NCBI GenBank assembly: GCA_025201805.1
Contig: MU619298.1
Coordinates: forward strand, 78,647 to 142,646
Length of the DNA: 64,000 bases
Origin: Parasitella parasitica NRRL 2501
Taxonomy: Eukaryota; Fungi; Mucoromycota
Direction: 5' to 3'
Position numbers and translations under genes: made by a program. This document shows, in pieces, positions 40,101-53,082 of this stretch (within the stretch, counting starts at the first letter, position 1; the number at the start of each line of letters is the position of its first letter). Below the pieces are notes generated by a model. It did not search any database. It was not told the origin of the DNA and worked only from the letters and a program-made list of their open reading frames with translations.

Positions 40101-41539
40101 TTCTTTTCATAGTCTTAAAAAGGAGAGCAAAAACAAAAGGGGTTAATTGCCATTGTCGTGTACCTTGCATGCTAAGATTACCTGTTTTGTTTCAATCAAT
40201 GTTGATATGATACTAAATGCGCTGATAATGAATATACAAAATGCATAGTAGTAATAGTCGTCCATACACCACAACAGGATGCTGCCAATCTGAAACACGT
40301 AGAACGGATTCAACACTTCGTCTGTGAGCAGTTTGGATGTCGGCTTCTCTCGTATGTTGATCAGGTTGGGCCCAAACACAGATAATCTCGCATGGTGCTT
40401 TTCGGTCGTCAATCCCAGCTTAAAGTTCCTTGTGCTGTTCCAAGACTGGTCTTTCCAAAATCTGCAAAAATGTGTTAAGGTCGACATGATCCTCCTGTTG
40501 AGAAACCCAAACAAATCAAAAAAAAAAAAAAAAAAAAAAAACACACTCACCCGACAATAAGGAATTTATGCAGCCTGGGGTGGTATGCCAAACGAATGTA
40601 TCGGTATTCCACCAGCATGAGTTGGTTGATTGGGTCGTCCATGTTGAGCAATTGGCGAGCTTCTTCGGTGCTCACATTGAGTGCATGCAGTTCCTGCTTG
40701 ATTTGGTCCAGCGAGAAAATGGTGCCAATGGTGCCTTGGTACCATTCACGAAAGGGCCTGATTATCTCTATTTCGTTGTATTGGCTCTAAGGTGCGAGTT
40801 AATCACACATTTCGGGTGTCGTTGCTGGGTTGCATACCTTGAATACAATCCATTCGGCCTTCTCCAGGGGCACCTTTATACCTGTCCATGCAATATACCA
40901 TTTCGGCACCCATCTACAAATCAGCCAGAATATGCCCAGGGATAATACAGAGAGCAGGCGGTAGGCAAATAAGTTGAGTCTATTAAACTTGTAGGCTTGT
41001 ATATGGATCTGAACATCCTCATCTTCTAATAGCAGAGTCTGTCCATCTTTGGTATCGTTAGCAATAGCATTCAATCCGCTTATGCGAGTTTCTGTGTTGT
41101 TTCGAGACGCCACCACATGTTGAATTGTGTCATCATCGCCGTCGCTTGGCTCGTCTCCGTCGTCGTCTCCATCGTCGTCTTCGTCGTCGTCTTCGTCGTC
41201 ATCGTCATCATCTGCAGATGACTCCTCATCGCTTGTGTTGAGCTCTCTGTCGCTGTCCTCCTCATCACTGTCTTCTACCGAGCTTGTGCTGTTGCGTCTA
41301 CGTCTAAAAAGCCCGGTGCGATGGCCACCATGGCGAGCGTACGAGCCCAGAGTGATGATGTTGGACGAGCGATAGGAAGTCCCCGTAGCTTCTAATGGAT
41401 CAATGCCAGTTACAGGTTGAATGGGAGGGGTGTTTATGAGAGGCGCAGCGGAATCCCTTCTCGCACTGTTTCCGTTTCTCGAATCTACCGATGATGCACC
41501 ATACATTGAACGTGTCTTGGTCGCAGGATGTGTCGACAT
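36507..41539 (-). CDS. YPK9: P5B-type ATPase (Ypk9/ATP13A-like polyamine transporter)
   Basis: Multi-exon. Motifs [48 protein letters not shown] and [11 protein letters not shown] are present. Confidence 0.92.
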
Positions 41540-41737
41540 TTTTCCTCAATTGCTGTGTTTCTGTGCGTCTTGTAAAATGGTATCAACAAATTGACATGTA
41601 CACGAAATAAACAACAGGAAAAAAAAGAAGAAGAAAAAAAAAAAAAGATTTAAAATACACTCAAACAAAATCATGAGACTAAACCAAGTGCAATCTTGGG
41701 TTCAGCGTTGAATCGGCTATTAAACGGCGTCTTTATA

Positions 41738-42835
41738 TTAAGAATACCAATCTAGAAACAGCAGCACAAAGCAAGCTCCAAACAAAAAGATCAGCATAAA
41801 GTTGCGGCTGCCCTTGTTCCGCTCTCGAGCGCTGAAAAGCTGGCGGTTGCCCTGCTCCACCTTTTCCGTAGTCGCAATGGCGTCCGCATACAGCTTGTCC
41901 GTCTGAATGGTTTGGGCGGCCAAATGGTTGGTCAGTTGGCTCTGGAGGGTGGATATCTCAAGCAACGCCTTTTCTGCATTTTTTACTTGATTCAGGGTAT
42001 TGTTTAGATCTTCAAGCATAGTCGAATTCTCCTTTTCGAGCATCTGGATCTGTTCTTGTGATAGAGCCTGCTCAAATGGGTTTTCATCTAATTGCTGTGT
42101 TTGTTCATGCTGCTGCTGCTGCTGCTGTGCTTGGGAATTGTACACTGGCGGCTGCACATACATGGATTTCGACAACTGATTCTCGCTCTTTTCAATCTCT
42201 CGAGCGAGTCTGATTTCCTGCTGGTCTTTCTGGATTTGCGACACTTGCATTAGCTGCTGGTTCAAGAACCATGTCATGCTACTGCGATGCACAAAGAGCA
42301 CATCCTCTGTCATACCGCTAACTGTGCTACTGCCGCCGCCGTTCGCAGCAGCGCCTATAGCGCCCAAAAAGTGTGCGAATCGACTCGCTGGCTTCGACGC
42401 TTCAGCAGCTTTCCGAATCTTCTCGGCTTCCTCCAATTCCGTAATGCGGTCGATACATCTGCGGATGATGAGTTTTGCTTGAAAGTCAATTTCGTCGCGC
42501 TCTCTGTCTGTTAAGCCCTGCATCATGTTGCCAGGAGACGACGAAAAGATCTTGAATAGAGAATCGGCGGTGTCGTCCAAAGAGGACGGACCGGCCTGCG
42601 TAGCATTTGAACGGCCATGCAATGGCTGGCTTTTGCTCGTACTGAGGTAGGCAGGTCGAATCGTTATTAGAAATCGCTGCAGACTGGTAATGTGTTTGTA
42701 GATGCGATAGGCTTCTTTTGTAAACAAGTCGTAAGAGGATTCGTCCTGAATTTTTTCTTGGCGCTGCGGTTTTCGGATAACTGTCGCTGATTTGGCTTCG
42801 ACGAGATGTCGAAAATCAATGGTTCGGTTGAGCAT
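41738..42835 (-). CDS. UFE1: ER Qa-SNARE syntaxin-18/Ufe1
   Basis: Single 365-aa ORF with DLFTKEAYRI, LTDRERDEID, SNARE motif LLEISTLQSQL...GNRQL and a C-terminal TM ending FLDWYS. Confidence 0.9.
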   Translation of the reverse strand: MLNRTIDFRHLVEAKSATVIRKPQRQEKIQDESSYDLFTKEAYRIYKHITSLQRFLITIRPAYLSTSKSQPLHGRSNATQAGPSSLDDTADSLFKIFSSSPGNMMQGLTDRERDEIDFQAKLIIRRCIDRITELEEAEKIRKAAEASKPASRFAHFLGAIGAAANGGGSSTVSGMTEDVLFVHRSSMTWFLNQQLMQVSQIQKDQQEIRLAREIEKSENQLSKSMYVQPPVYNSQAQQQQQQHEQTQQLDENPFEQALSQEQIQMLEKENSTMLEDLNNTLNQVKNAEKALLEISTLQSQLTNHLAAQTIQTDKLYADAIATTEKVEQGNRQLFSARERNKGSRNFMLIFLFGACFVLLFLDWYS

Positions 42836-44064
42836 TTGTCTTTGTTGTATAAAAGTTTAGAGTTGGAGGTTTGTATGCGTCAAAAAAAAAATCCCCCCCA
42901 CCAAACTTACTAGTTGTCCCACTACGTCACAGAGAGCAAGACACAACTGCATGTTGCATTAATACCGTATCAGTGCGTGTAGTTAATCCACGGGAGCAAG
43001 GCCTTTGTCAACGGTTGTGAAGAGGGTAACATCAGGGCTATAATTGCAACCTACAGACTACTAAAATCACATCACGCGAAATCCTCGCAAACAAAGTGTA
43101 TTACGCTGACAAGGTTCCGTAGGGTTTGGAGACTTTGCGAGGAGGGATTGGACAAAGTTACGGGCTTACATATGATACATATTGACAAAAACAGGCGTAA
43201 AAAGTACCGTATTGCAGGTTTTTAATTAGAGCTTCAATTACAGATATTACAGGTTTTATCCAGACAAGTAAGGCTTAAAAGTGAACGTTTTCTTTTTAAA
43301 AAATGGGTAGAATCGTCCAATAGAGACAGAACCGTAACAGCCTAAAAAAAAAACGATCCATCACACAGGTCAAGTCTTTATTATCAATAAATGATACATC
43401 CCTGTTTCCGAAAAAGATGCTCACAATATTGAATGGCATACATATTACCCTTTTTTTTTTTTATTTGCTAACCTTTCATCTTAAATAAGTCGTTACATGC
43501 AAAACTAGTAAATGGTGAAAATGCATCCACATATTGTAGCACATTTAGTATGTGGTTAGACTGAACGATACTTTGATGAAAGGGCAATAATCATTTAATG
43601 ATATACACTATTATTTCAAGCAAGCCTGTTTTCGAGCCAAAGAATCTCAAATTGGCAATTGATCGCCCTGATATAAATGTCTCTCTTGAAAGTGGATCTG
43701 CTAGTGTGCATCTACAGACGCCTGTATAGTAATACACTGAAAACATGCTAAAAAAGAAATGCATAAGCGCTGTGTCGCCAATGCTAACAACGACTCTATC
43801 TTGAAAAAAAAAATGGTAGTTGAGAAATTTTTCGTCATCACGTTGCTTTTAGTAGTAGCATTAGCCAAAAATGGCTCGTTCCAACTGACATACTTATACT
43901 TGATTGTCCTCGAGAATCTTGAATGAACCATTCTAGAGGATGATTTCTACACACAAAATGAAACCATTCACACTTTGAATAGGTAATGCTGTGGCTAATC
44001 CTTTCTGCAAGTAACCTTGCTCCTTATCAATGTACTAGTCTCTTTGCTGGTTTTTCTTTATGCA

Positions 44065-44074
44065 NNNNNNNNNN
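44065..44074. other. Assembly gap (10 N)
   Basis: Run of n next to a poly-A tract. Confidence 0.99.
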
Positions 44075-44235
44075 AAAAAAAAAAAAAAAAAAAAAAAAAA
44101 AGACATGTGTACCTGACGAGCCACAAATATTAGAGTCAATGGATAAATCAAACGTTTGATCAGGTTTACCCGCTATACACAACTAAAAGAAATCCGTTCG
44201 AAAATGTATATTTATTTCATGTTTTGATGCAGCAT

Positions 44236-44643
44236 TCAAACATTGTCTTCTTGTGATTGCTGTCGACTTGGTGGAGCATATTTCTTCAGTAAATCAGATC
44301 GACGCTGCTCCCATGATGATTTATTTTCGGAATTGGCCGGAAAAGGTGTTGAGCAGCAAGGCGGTGGGGTTCTGTTCCATTGGTAATAGGTAGGTGTCTT
44401 TTTTAGATATGTGCCTAACAGTCTTTCATTCTCTTCTTCTAAATCATCGCATCCATATCCGTAATAAAAATGTCTTTTACGGGTAGCTTTGCATACCATG
44501 ATCGTTGCGATCAAGAGAATACAAGCAAACAGAATGCCTATAAAATATATTGTAGGAATCTGGAGCACTAATGGTATTTTACTGTTTTGAGTTTCATCAT
44601 CAGACTAATACATAAACAAGAGACAGATTAAATATGTTACCAT
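44236..44643 (-). CDS. Small single-pass membrane protein; first coding exon is only ATG
   Basis: ATG at 44643-44641 followed by intron GTAAC...TTAG, then SDDETQNSKIPLVLQIPTIYFIGILFACILLIATIMVCK...EQRRSDLLKKY. Confidence 0.6.
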
Positions 44644-45024
44644 AATGAGAGAATGATGCTGATGATTTATCTTTTGAAATGGCAATCATGTTAACTAGCT
44701 GTGGAAAAAAAAAAAAAAAAAAAAGCGACCTTATTTTACCTATTTCCGGAACAGCCATTGTATCCGTTGCCATGACAATAACAAATATGATTTTGTATCA
44801 AGAAAACAGAGAAAAAAAGAAATAAAAGAAGGTACGGATCACACAAATTAAATAGAAGGAGACAAGAAAGGGGGGGATGATCACTGATTACATGTCAATT
44901 AGGTGACTTTTTTTGTTCCACCAAAGCTCAAATGTCAAGTCTTTGGTACTGTACCGTATGAGCGTTTTGGGATCCTCGTTTAATTACATTCATTTTTTTT
45001 TTTTTAACTATATCAATAAATCTA

Positions 45025-46000
45025 TTATTTCTTCTCTTCGCTTTCAATCTTCTTGGGTGTATCATCACGACCGGGACCTAATTTTCCTATTTTAGTTGGG
45101 CAATTACCATACCAAATCAAGCATATTTACCATTTTGTTCCCAAGGTGAGAGTGCACCTTCAAAATTTCTAAAGGCTTGAGCCAATTCAACAGGCTCCGA
45201 TACAACACGCTTCTTTTCTTCATCATAACGAACCTCGACATAGCCTGTAAGAGGGAAATCCTTTCTCAAGGGATGACCTTCGAAGCCATAGTCAGTCAAG
45301 ATGCGTCTTAAATCGGGATGTCCTGTGAAGAAGACACCAAACATGTCGTAGGTTTCACGTTCCTGCCAGTTGGCACCGTTGAAAAGAGGGACTACGGAGG
45401 GAACAGGAGATGTTTCGCTGGCGTAGGTCTTTACACGGATACGTCCATTATATTTCATGCTCAATAAATTGTAAACAACCTCAAAGCGGTTATCGCGGGT
45501 GGGGAAATCAGCACCTGTAACATCCATGATAGATTTGAATTGGGCGTTGGTGTGATCGCGCAAAAAGTGCATTACTTGATATACAGCTGTTGGTGCGCAA
45601 TAAATGGTTAACTCGTCCTTATAAACGCTGAATTGTTGAACAAACTTGGGCAACACAGACATGAGGTATTTGCCGTATTCATGAAGGTCGTCGTTTCCAG
45701 ACTTGAAGCTGGGATCGGCTGAAACCTGATTGTAACTCTTTTCTGATGCTAAAATGTCACTTGTTTAGTGGGTGCCTTCCCTTTTTGGCAGCAAGACTAA
45801 GTATGTTACCTTGTAATCTGACATTGGTGGTGGCAAAAGAACGTACACAATTTGCACGAGCTGCAGGCTTGGCTGTGAAAGACAATGAAACATACCAAAT
45901 GTCAAAGTCTGTCTCCTGGCACACAATTTTGTTCATCCTTACCTGCTAAAAGTTGACGAGGGAGGCGCACCAATGTTGCATTAGCTAAACGGGAAGCCAT
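45025..46000 (-). CDS. NDUFS3: NADH:ubiquinone oxidoreductase 30-kDa subunit (NDUFS3/NuoC-like), mitochondrial precursor
   Basis: Arg-rich presequence [18 protein letters not shown]. Motifs [10 protein letters not shown] and [38 protein letters not shown]. Three introns. Confidence 0.95.
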
Positions 46001-47006
46001 TTGATTATTTAAAAAAAAAATAAAAAAAACAGAGTGGGGAGTGCTTTGGAACGCAAAAAAAAGAAAAAGAGAAAAAAGACAAATAGGGCCGTTGCTCTGA
46101 TGCCCCGGATTTTCAATATCCCTCACTCCAGGAGAGGTGGTTTCTGTTTCCGTGACGTAGATGTTTTCCAACAAGTGCATCGATGACATCTAAACCCTCA
46201 ATACTCTAGGAGCTATAGTGTATATGCCAATCATTAGTATATATGCATAGTGTTGCTAGCCACAACAATACAGAAACCAAAGGCAAGGGCTTGAAGGTTG
46301 TAACTTTAGTGTCATGTATGTCCTGACTCTGTTTATTTCACACAGTTTGGCTAAACTGTACTAGGACAATAAAACATTTAGGCCCGATATCTTACAGACT
46401 CGAACGAGAAGATGAATCAGGACCGCTCTGATTTGATCAAACAGGCCACAAAAGTCTTAATTGAGGCTAACATGAGGCGAGCCAAGAATTTGTTTTTTAC
46501 TCTTTCCTTATTAACTATCATAATGTCGTACGAATGAACCATCCTTCTGGCTTCAAATGTGCACTGTTAAAATCACATTACGTTCCTAAAAAGCTCAATT
46601 TTTTCTTTCATCAAGGAATATAAACATACACACTGCATCAACTGTTTACATGGCTAAATTGTACCTATTTTTTTATAAAAAAAAAGTTGCCAATACATGA
46701 ATATAATTACATGTCAAGCAATAAATGGAAGAAGGCTGTGCGTAATTTGATATCCGCAGGTACATTTCAAGTCGAAGGAATCTAATTTAAGCACAATAAA
46801 AACTTTTTGCTCAGAAGAGTCCTCGTGCGAGGACGAGGCTATACGCCTGATAAGTGTCTCTACGACAAGAAATATCTTCAGCCACATTGAAATACTGTAT
46901 TTAGAAAAATACCAAATTGTTATAAAAATGGCTCAGCCCAAATCAAATTGACATTTCGTTTCTTTTTGATCACTTTCAATTTTTTATTTTCTTCATTAAA
47001 TCTGCC

Positions 47007-49124
47007 ATGTCTTTGTTCCTCGCCAAGAAACTAGAAGATAACAACCAAAAGTAAGGTCCATACCAACTCAAATACCTCTCAATGCTGACACATCATCCTT
47101 TGTTTATATAGAAAAGTCAGAGATTTGCTAAAATTGAAGGAAAACAAAAAGTGCTTTGACTGTCCAACAAAGGTAAATGCCATTATACCATTTCAAAGGG
47201 TCCTGTCCTGATTTATTATCGCTGTACATGTAGAGCCCAGCTTTTGTAAACACCACGATTCAAACATTTATCTGCGCCAGATGCTCAGGATTAGTGTAAG
47301 TAACATGTACTCTTACTGGCTCGGTCTATATATAGGCGTTGCTGACATTTTCAATGTGCAACATAGTCGTGAAGTTGGCCATCGAGTAAAAGCTATCTCA
47401 GCTAGCAAATTCTCAGGCCCTGAATTGATGGCCCTCAAGAAAGGCGGTAATGGCACTGCTCTCAAGATCTGGCTCAGCAATTACAACAGTCATGATGCTC
47501 TTGAGGCCGAGTCCGATGCTGATGTCCGTGCTTTTATGAAGCAAAAGTATTACGACTTCAAGTGGTTGGATAGAGCCTTGCTTCAGTCTCATGCTGAAGA
47601 TGTTCGTGCTTTGATTGCCAAGTCTTTCACCGAAGACGGCCTTCCCATTGTAACCAAATCCAGAAGTCGCATCATCCCTGGTTTCTCTCGGATCCCACTG
47701 ATCGGTGGCAGTGTGATGAATGTCATGCCCGGCGATGAAGACGAGGACTACATTGAGTCTTCTGCTATATATGACGAAAATGGGCCGTATGTTGTTCCTG
47801 AGCATTCGGTATCTCAGACTCTACCTCGTCCTCCTCAACAACCAATTACTTCCTTCCCAATGCCTCCTACAAGCCCTATTTGTAGATCGTCTATGGATAG
47901 CAACAACTCCTATTCATCCTCGTCTCAAGGCGGTTCTGTCTACAACTATCGCGAAAGCCAAGAAATGGTTAGAGACGACTTTCATAATGGCAATACTTCC
48001 AGTAACAGACATAATACCGAAGCCACATCGCAACCAGTAAATGGTGCAGCTCACGTTTTAACCAAGGAGCAAATTGCTGAGCGCTGTCGCAGCTCTATTG
48101 CCTCGAATACCTCAGCCGAATTGTGCCAACAGCAAGGTGCTCAACCTTCACCTGTAGTTTCGGTTACTAAAAAGCCATTGCCTACATTGGCCCTTGGTGT
48201 AAACAACAATGCTAATGATTTGGCCTCTAAACAACCTTCACATTACCAATTGAACGTAGGGCTTGTATTCAGCTGTTTCATGAGGGCAAAAAAAAAATAC
48301 TAACTCGTTTTCGTCGAAATAGACTCCCACAGTAGGCGGTTTTGGTGGTAGCATTCAGTCGCCATGTAAGTATCAATGTTGTATAAATCTTTTTTTTTTC
48401 TCAAATCAACTAAACCTTAGTGGACTCAGCTGCTCGTCAACAGCATGAGAATCATGTACCATCAGCCTCAGCCTCACTTCGTGTAACGCCTAGTGCTTCA
48501 AATCCCATAATAAAACCGTCAAGACCCCCAACTGCAGCAACCTCTGCGTTTGATAGCATCCTTTCAGATTTAGCAGGCCTCAAAATTGAAAAGACTGTCC
48601 GTAGAGCCACCTATACCGGCGGTGTGCTTTCTCCTGCAGCCGTTGGCGCTGGTCCATTGGAGCCATCTAAATCGTTGCCTCGCGCTGAAAAGAGTGAGCC
48701 TCCCTCTTCCATGTTCAGTGGTGATTTCTTTGCTCAATTAAACAAATCAGCTGCAGCCGAAAACAAGAGTTCTGAAGATGACCCTTACGCTGCTTTGAGA
48801 GATATCTGCACGCCTGTTGTAGCTGTTGCTACTAATGCCCTGAAAGATGAGGATAAGAATGCTTTTTCGTCCGAAGACGATGATGATGAAGAGGACCCAT
48901 GGCAAGGTAATTCGTAGACAAACACCCACAAGCAACACTGCCATACTAACTAATCTACTGCAGAATTTTGCTCTTCCTCCTCCAGTGATGGAAATGAGGA
49001 TAGCTTTTTGGAACCTCAACAAGTCTTCCAGTCTGTTTTGGAAGAGTCTAAACCCGTGGATAACATGATTTCTGTTGATCTGTTTAGCGATTTAGACCCT
49101 CGCTCCATGTTCAAACGCTTTTGA
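47007..49124 (+). CDS. ArfGAP-domain protein (AGFG/Gts1-like)
   Basis: Spliced N-terminus ENKKCFDCPTK...TFICARCSGLVREVGHRVKAISASKF...GGN forms a C4 zinc finger with an Arg finger. The acidic disordered tail has DPY, DPW and DLFSDLDP motifs. Confidence 0.85.
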
Positions 49125-49565
49125 GTTGTTTCATCTTGGTAAAACTCGAAAGAAAAAAATCAAATAATATATATTCCCCATTCTTTAAACGTTGGATGTG
49201 TACATTCTTCCTCTCCCTCCATCATAACGCATCTTTATGATGCTCATTATCGTATTTATAGCTTCACAATATCATTTATACTTATCAATAAAGTTAAATC
49301 TCGTAGTAAAATGTATGTGCAGTATTCTTGATTTCTAAAAATACATGAGTTTGACGTTTGAATGAGCTTCTAACATATGTTTGAGCGTGCTTGGCATCAC
49401 TAACTCTTTTTTTTTTTTTTTCTCTAAAAGAAAAAAGGAAACCCCCACCCCACTCTTTACAACGATTAATTGCATAGTTTGATCAAGTTTATCCAGAAAA
49501 CAAAACCGCAGAACCATAAGTATATATAAACCATAAAATAGCAGACTTCGTAGCGTCCATCGATG

Positions 49566-51192
49566 TCAAGGTGCACTGATGGCTTTATCCTCCAATTCTT
49601 TCAAAAGCGACGATTGATGCGATGAGTCATATTGACCCAGAATAGGTGGCAGCTTGATTTTGGGCGTGTGTTGTGAGGAAGCTTGTTGACGGTGTTGGCT
49701 CAAACTCTTTTCCTTCATTTCTTGCTGCTGAGTTATAAGTCTCTGATGCATCTGTAGCTGTTCCTGAAGTAGCAAGAGCTGTTTCTGCTGCGTTTTATGA
49801 GCCAATAATGCATTTCTAGCATTCGTGGGCAACCCCTTCATCAGATGATTGTTGTTGTTATTGTTCGATGTTGTCGTCGGAGCAGTAGCAGCACTGATGC
49901 TGTCACTCATATTGCTCGCACTGCTATAAATACTACTGTTGTTCTCTAGCAATGGTGATAGAGGTTTGGCAAACTGTGTCTCAGACAACGATGTGTTGAC
50001 GATGTTTAGTGGTATCTTATTGATCTGGGAGGGAGGAGGAGTGTTGGGTGGGCTGTAGGATATATGCTTAATGGGATAGAATGCGTTTGAATGGAGATGT
50101 TGTGGTTGTGATGAGGGGGGAGAAGTAGACGCTTCCTTTAGGTGCTGCTGTGTGTAGTTACTGCCAGTCATACGACCTTCGACTTTCACTCGCAACTCAA
50201 GGGACCCCACTTTATCTCGTAAATATTTGTTTCTCTTTTCCAAATAGCGGATAAAATCAACTGCTTTGAACAAAACAGCACTTTTCGAGTTGTTTATGTT
50301 CTTGAGAGTGGGAACCAGGTCAGTGAGATCCTTGAAGCCATTCCGAATTGTCCCTCGTCTTTTCTGCTCAGAAGCAATGTGATTTGCTCTCTTTTCTTCT
50401 TCAGTGAGCAGTTCCTTTGTAGACCTGGACTTTTTATTTTTTCTAGAGCAAGACAACGGTACACTTTCCACAGTAGTAGGGGGTGATCTCTTCTTAGATG
50501 GTTGCTGTTGGTTGTAGAATTTGTATAGGGAACTGCTGGTGGCATCACTTGGCTGAAGACGAATTGCTTGCAACTGATTAGCATCGTCTGATGTAGAGGT
50601 CACGATGCCTTTGCTGGTCTCGCTGGATGATGAAGGATCAATCATCAGGTCTGCTGCGTTTATTGTTACTCTGCTGTTTGTTGGTGGGAAGGATGCAATA
50701 AGATTAAGCGTCTGGTGCAATTTCTTTTGCTCGTCCAACGACTGTAAAATGGAGCTGCGTCTGATTTCGTCTTCTTTTTCTTGACTACTGCCATCATTCA
50801 GGTCAGGTTGCATATCTGGATCAAGAAAAAATGCATCCAGAAAGCTTGAAAAGGTCCTCTGATCATTTTCATCCAAAACTGTAGTATTTGCTGCAAAATT
50901 AAATGGCTCCTGCTCCAGGAGCAAGGGATCTAAGGACATTGGTTCGTTGGTACTGATCTTCGGTGGTGGGAAATCCCCAATATTTGGTGTAGCATTGGTG
51001 TCCGGATTTATACCGAAGCTAAATTCGAAGTCTGTTTTATATTATTATCATATGAAGATTAGTGTTGTCTACTGAAATTTCCATACCTTCGAAAGGAACA
51101 GGCTCTTGCAAGAGTTCGTTACCATAGTTACTTGAACTATTGGAATCGTTAAACAGCCAAGATTCGTCGCTGAATGATAAATTGAAGTTCAT
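49566..51192 (-). CDS. bHLH(-ZIP) transcription factor, Ino4/Mlx-like
   Basis: ELLTEEEKRANHIASEQKRRGTIRNGFKDLTDLVPTL...SKSAVLFKAVDFIRYLE. The first exon MNFNLSF joins via an intron at about 51086-51032. Confidence 0.88.
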
Positions 51193-52454
51193 ATATTTTT
51201 CCAAAAAAAAAAAAAAATTAAAAGAGAATAGAATGCAAAAAGAAAGAAAAAAAAAAGAAAGTATGGAGAAAGTAAAAGAAAGGAATGAAAAACCCCAAGA
51301 GCTTTATAGTTAAAATCTGAGGGTTTACATTAATAACAAATTGGAATCACAAAGACAACAACAATACAACTTTATGCTATACAACTACATACATGGCATC
51401 AAAAGACTCTGCTGTAATGCACCTACACCACGCACCCTACAGGCTCATGCTATAAAAATCCTTCTACATGTGTACTGACAGCAATTTCAATACAATCACC
51501 CATCAATACATGTTTCCTTCACAAGCTTTTCTAATACGCGCACCACGTTATTTTCTCCACATCTTTTTGAACGTTGCACAAATCGACATTATCACATGTG
51601 GAAACACTGATTTTCTCCTTAAATGGATTCATTTGGTTTACAAGTTGCGTTCAAAGCAAATAAAGAAATAGTCATTTATTTACAATCGAGATGCTAGTGG
51701 CTCTAATTATTGAAATAACATTGTACAGGTATGTGTAGAGCAACAGCCTCAATTATCACCAATAGATTCACTCCCACGGCTGTAAGGAACACAGAGCCAT
51801 CTGCAACGTAATATGCTCTTGCATTCCCATGTTTCACCGGTGGGTTGGACGGACAGACATCCTTGGTAAGGTGCTCATACGACTACTGGAACATTAACGT
51901 ATCTTGTGTTTGTGGTACATTCCATAGCGTTTTTACATACGTCATGACATTAGTTGGTGGAGATGTACAAATGGTGTAGAGACACAGCGCAGATATCTGA
52001 TTTTCTTGCTTTCTCTAGCCCTCTGCTGAATCTTTAGCTATTTGCACTGGGTATCTCGTCTTGCTTGAATGCAAAGTTTTTTAGTGTTGATTTGGCTGAT
52101 GTGTAGCCTACAGGCTCCTGTAAGCGGCTAGAATTTTCATATTTACGCCCGATATATACCGTCAGCGATTTAACGTTATGTTGTGACAGAGTATGCTTAT
52201 ATCATATACAGAAGTCTCATTCGGATCCATCAAAGCGAGCAAAGCGCCATAAAGTGATTTATCTCCAGCAAATGGGAAAGGAGGCGGCTGATTTACGTTT
52301 CAGCATTAGTTGTTTGTGGTTAGCTGCCCCTAAACCATGGGACTTTGCTTGCAAAGACGCCGAGCAGCGAAACTATCTCGTCAATCTTAGCACCCTAGCA
52401 ATCTTGCTTGGCAATTATCCGAGGCATTGTACACTCTAGGCATGTGTAGGTATT

Positions 52455-52541
52455 TTTTGCACATAACTTTTGATAGATACATTGCCCATTGGAAACCAAG
52501 TTATGCTCCGATAGCGATGATCATGCCTGATTTAAATAAAG
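52455..52541. repeat. Dispersed partial copy of the 31.9-32.8 kb repeat unit
   Basis: GCACATAACTTTTGATAGATACATTGCCCATTGGAAACCAAGTTATGCTCCGATAGCGATGATCATGCCTGATTT closely matches the units at 31888 and 32228. Confidence 0.8.
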
Positions 52542-53082
52542 TGTAAATGAATGTACCTGATATATGAATTCTGAAGCAGAACATCAATATATAAAATCGT
52601 TATTGCCAACAATGCTTGAAAAATATTTGCCCCGCATTTTTTATCATCTTTGATCGTTATCTTGATATCTTTTAATAATGGACTTTGTTCAGTTTCTTAT
52701 TCTCATCACGTACAACATCGTGTTCAGGGAACTCAACGAATCTTGTATTTTATAACTAGAGACCCTGTTGAGCAGGAATTACGTTTTGAGGAGCCCTAAT
52801 ACATTCAAGCAAAAGGTAAATATGCTGTGCCAGATATCTCTGCCTTCTTTTGTAGGAAGGTTGCATTCATGTCCCAAATTTGGCTGATGATCAAATCCTT
52901 GTAACAAAAAAAAAAAAAAAAAACTCTGCCAGATAGTAAATGTTTACATGTAATCCATATTCATCCAGTTTTCTTGACAGTACAACATTAAATATGGGTT
53001 AACAATTGATTTGTTTCATCCAGAAAGCATCATTCAGGATGGTTTATTATAGTCTTCTTGAAACACCTATATCTACCACGTT

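Noticed and set aside
43082-43143. 10-bp inverted repeat TCCTCGCAAA/TTTGCGAGGA
   Set aside because: It is isolated, lacks properly placed C/D boxes or a second copy, and could be chance.
43573-43671. Box C (TGATGA) and box D (CTGA) snoRNA candidate
   Set aside because: There is no terminal stem and no rRNA-complementary guide that I could support.
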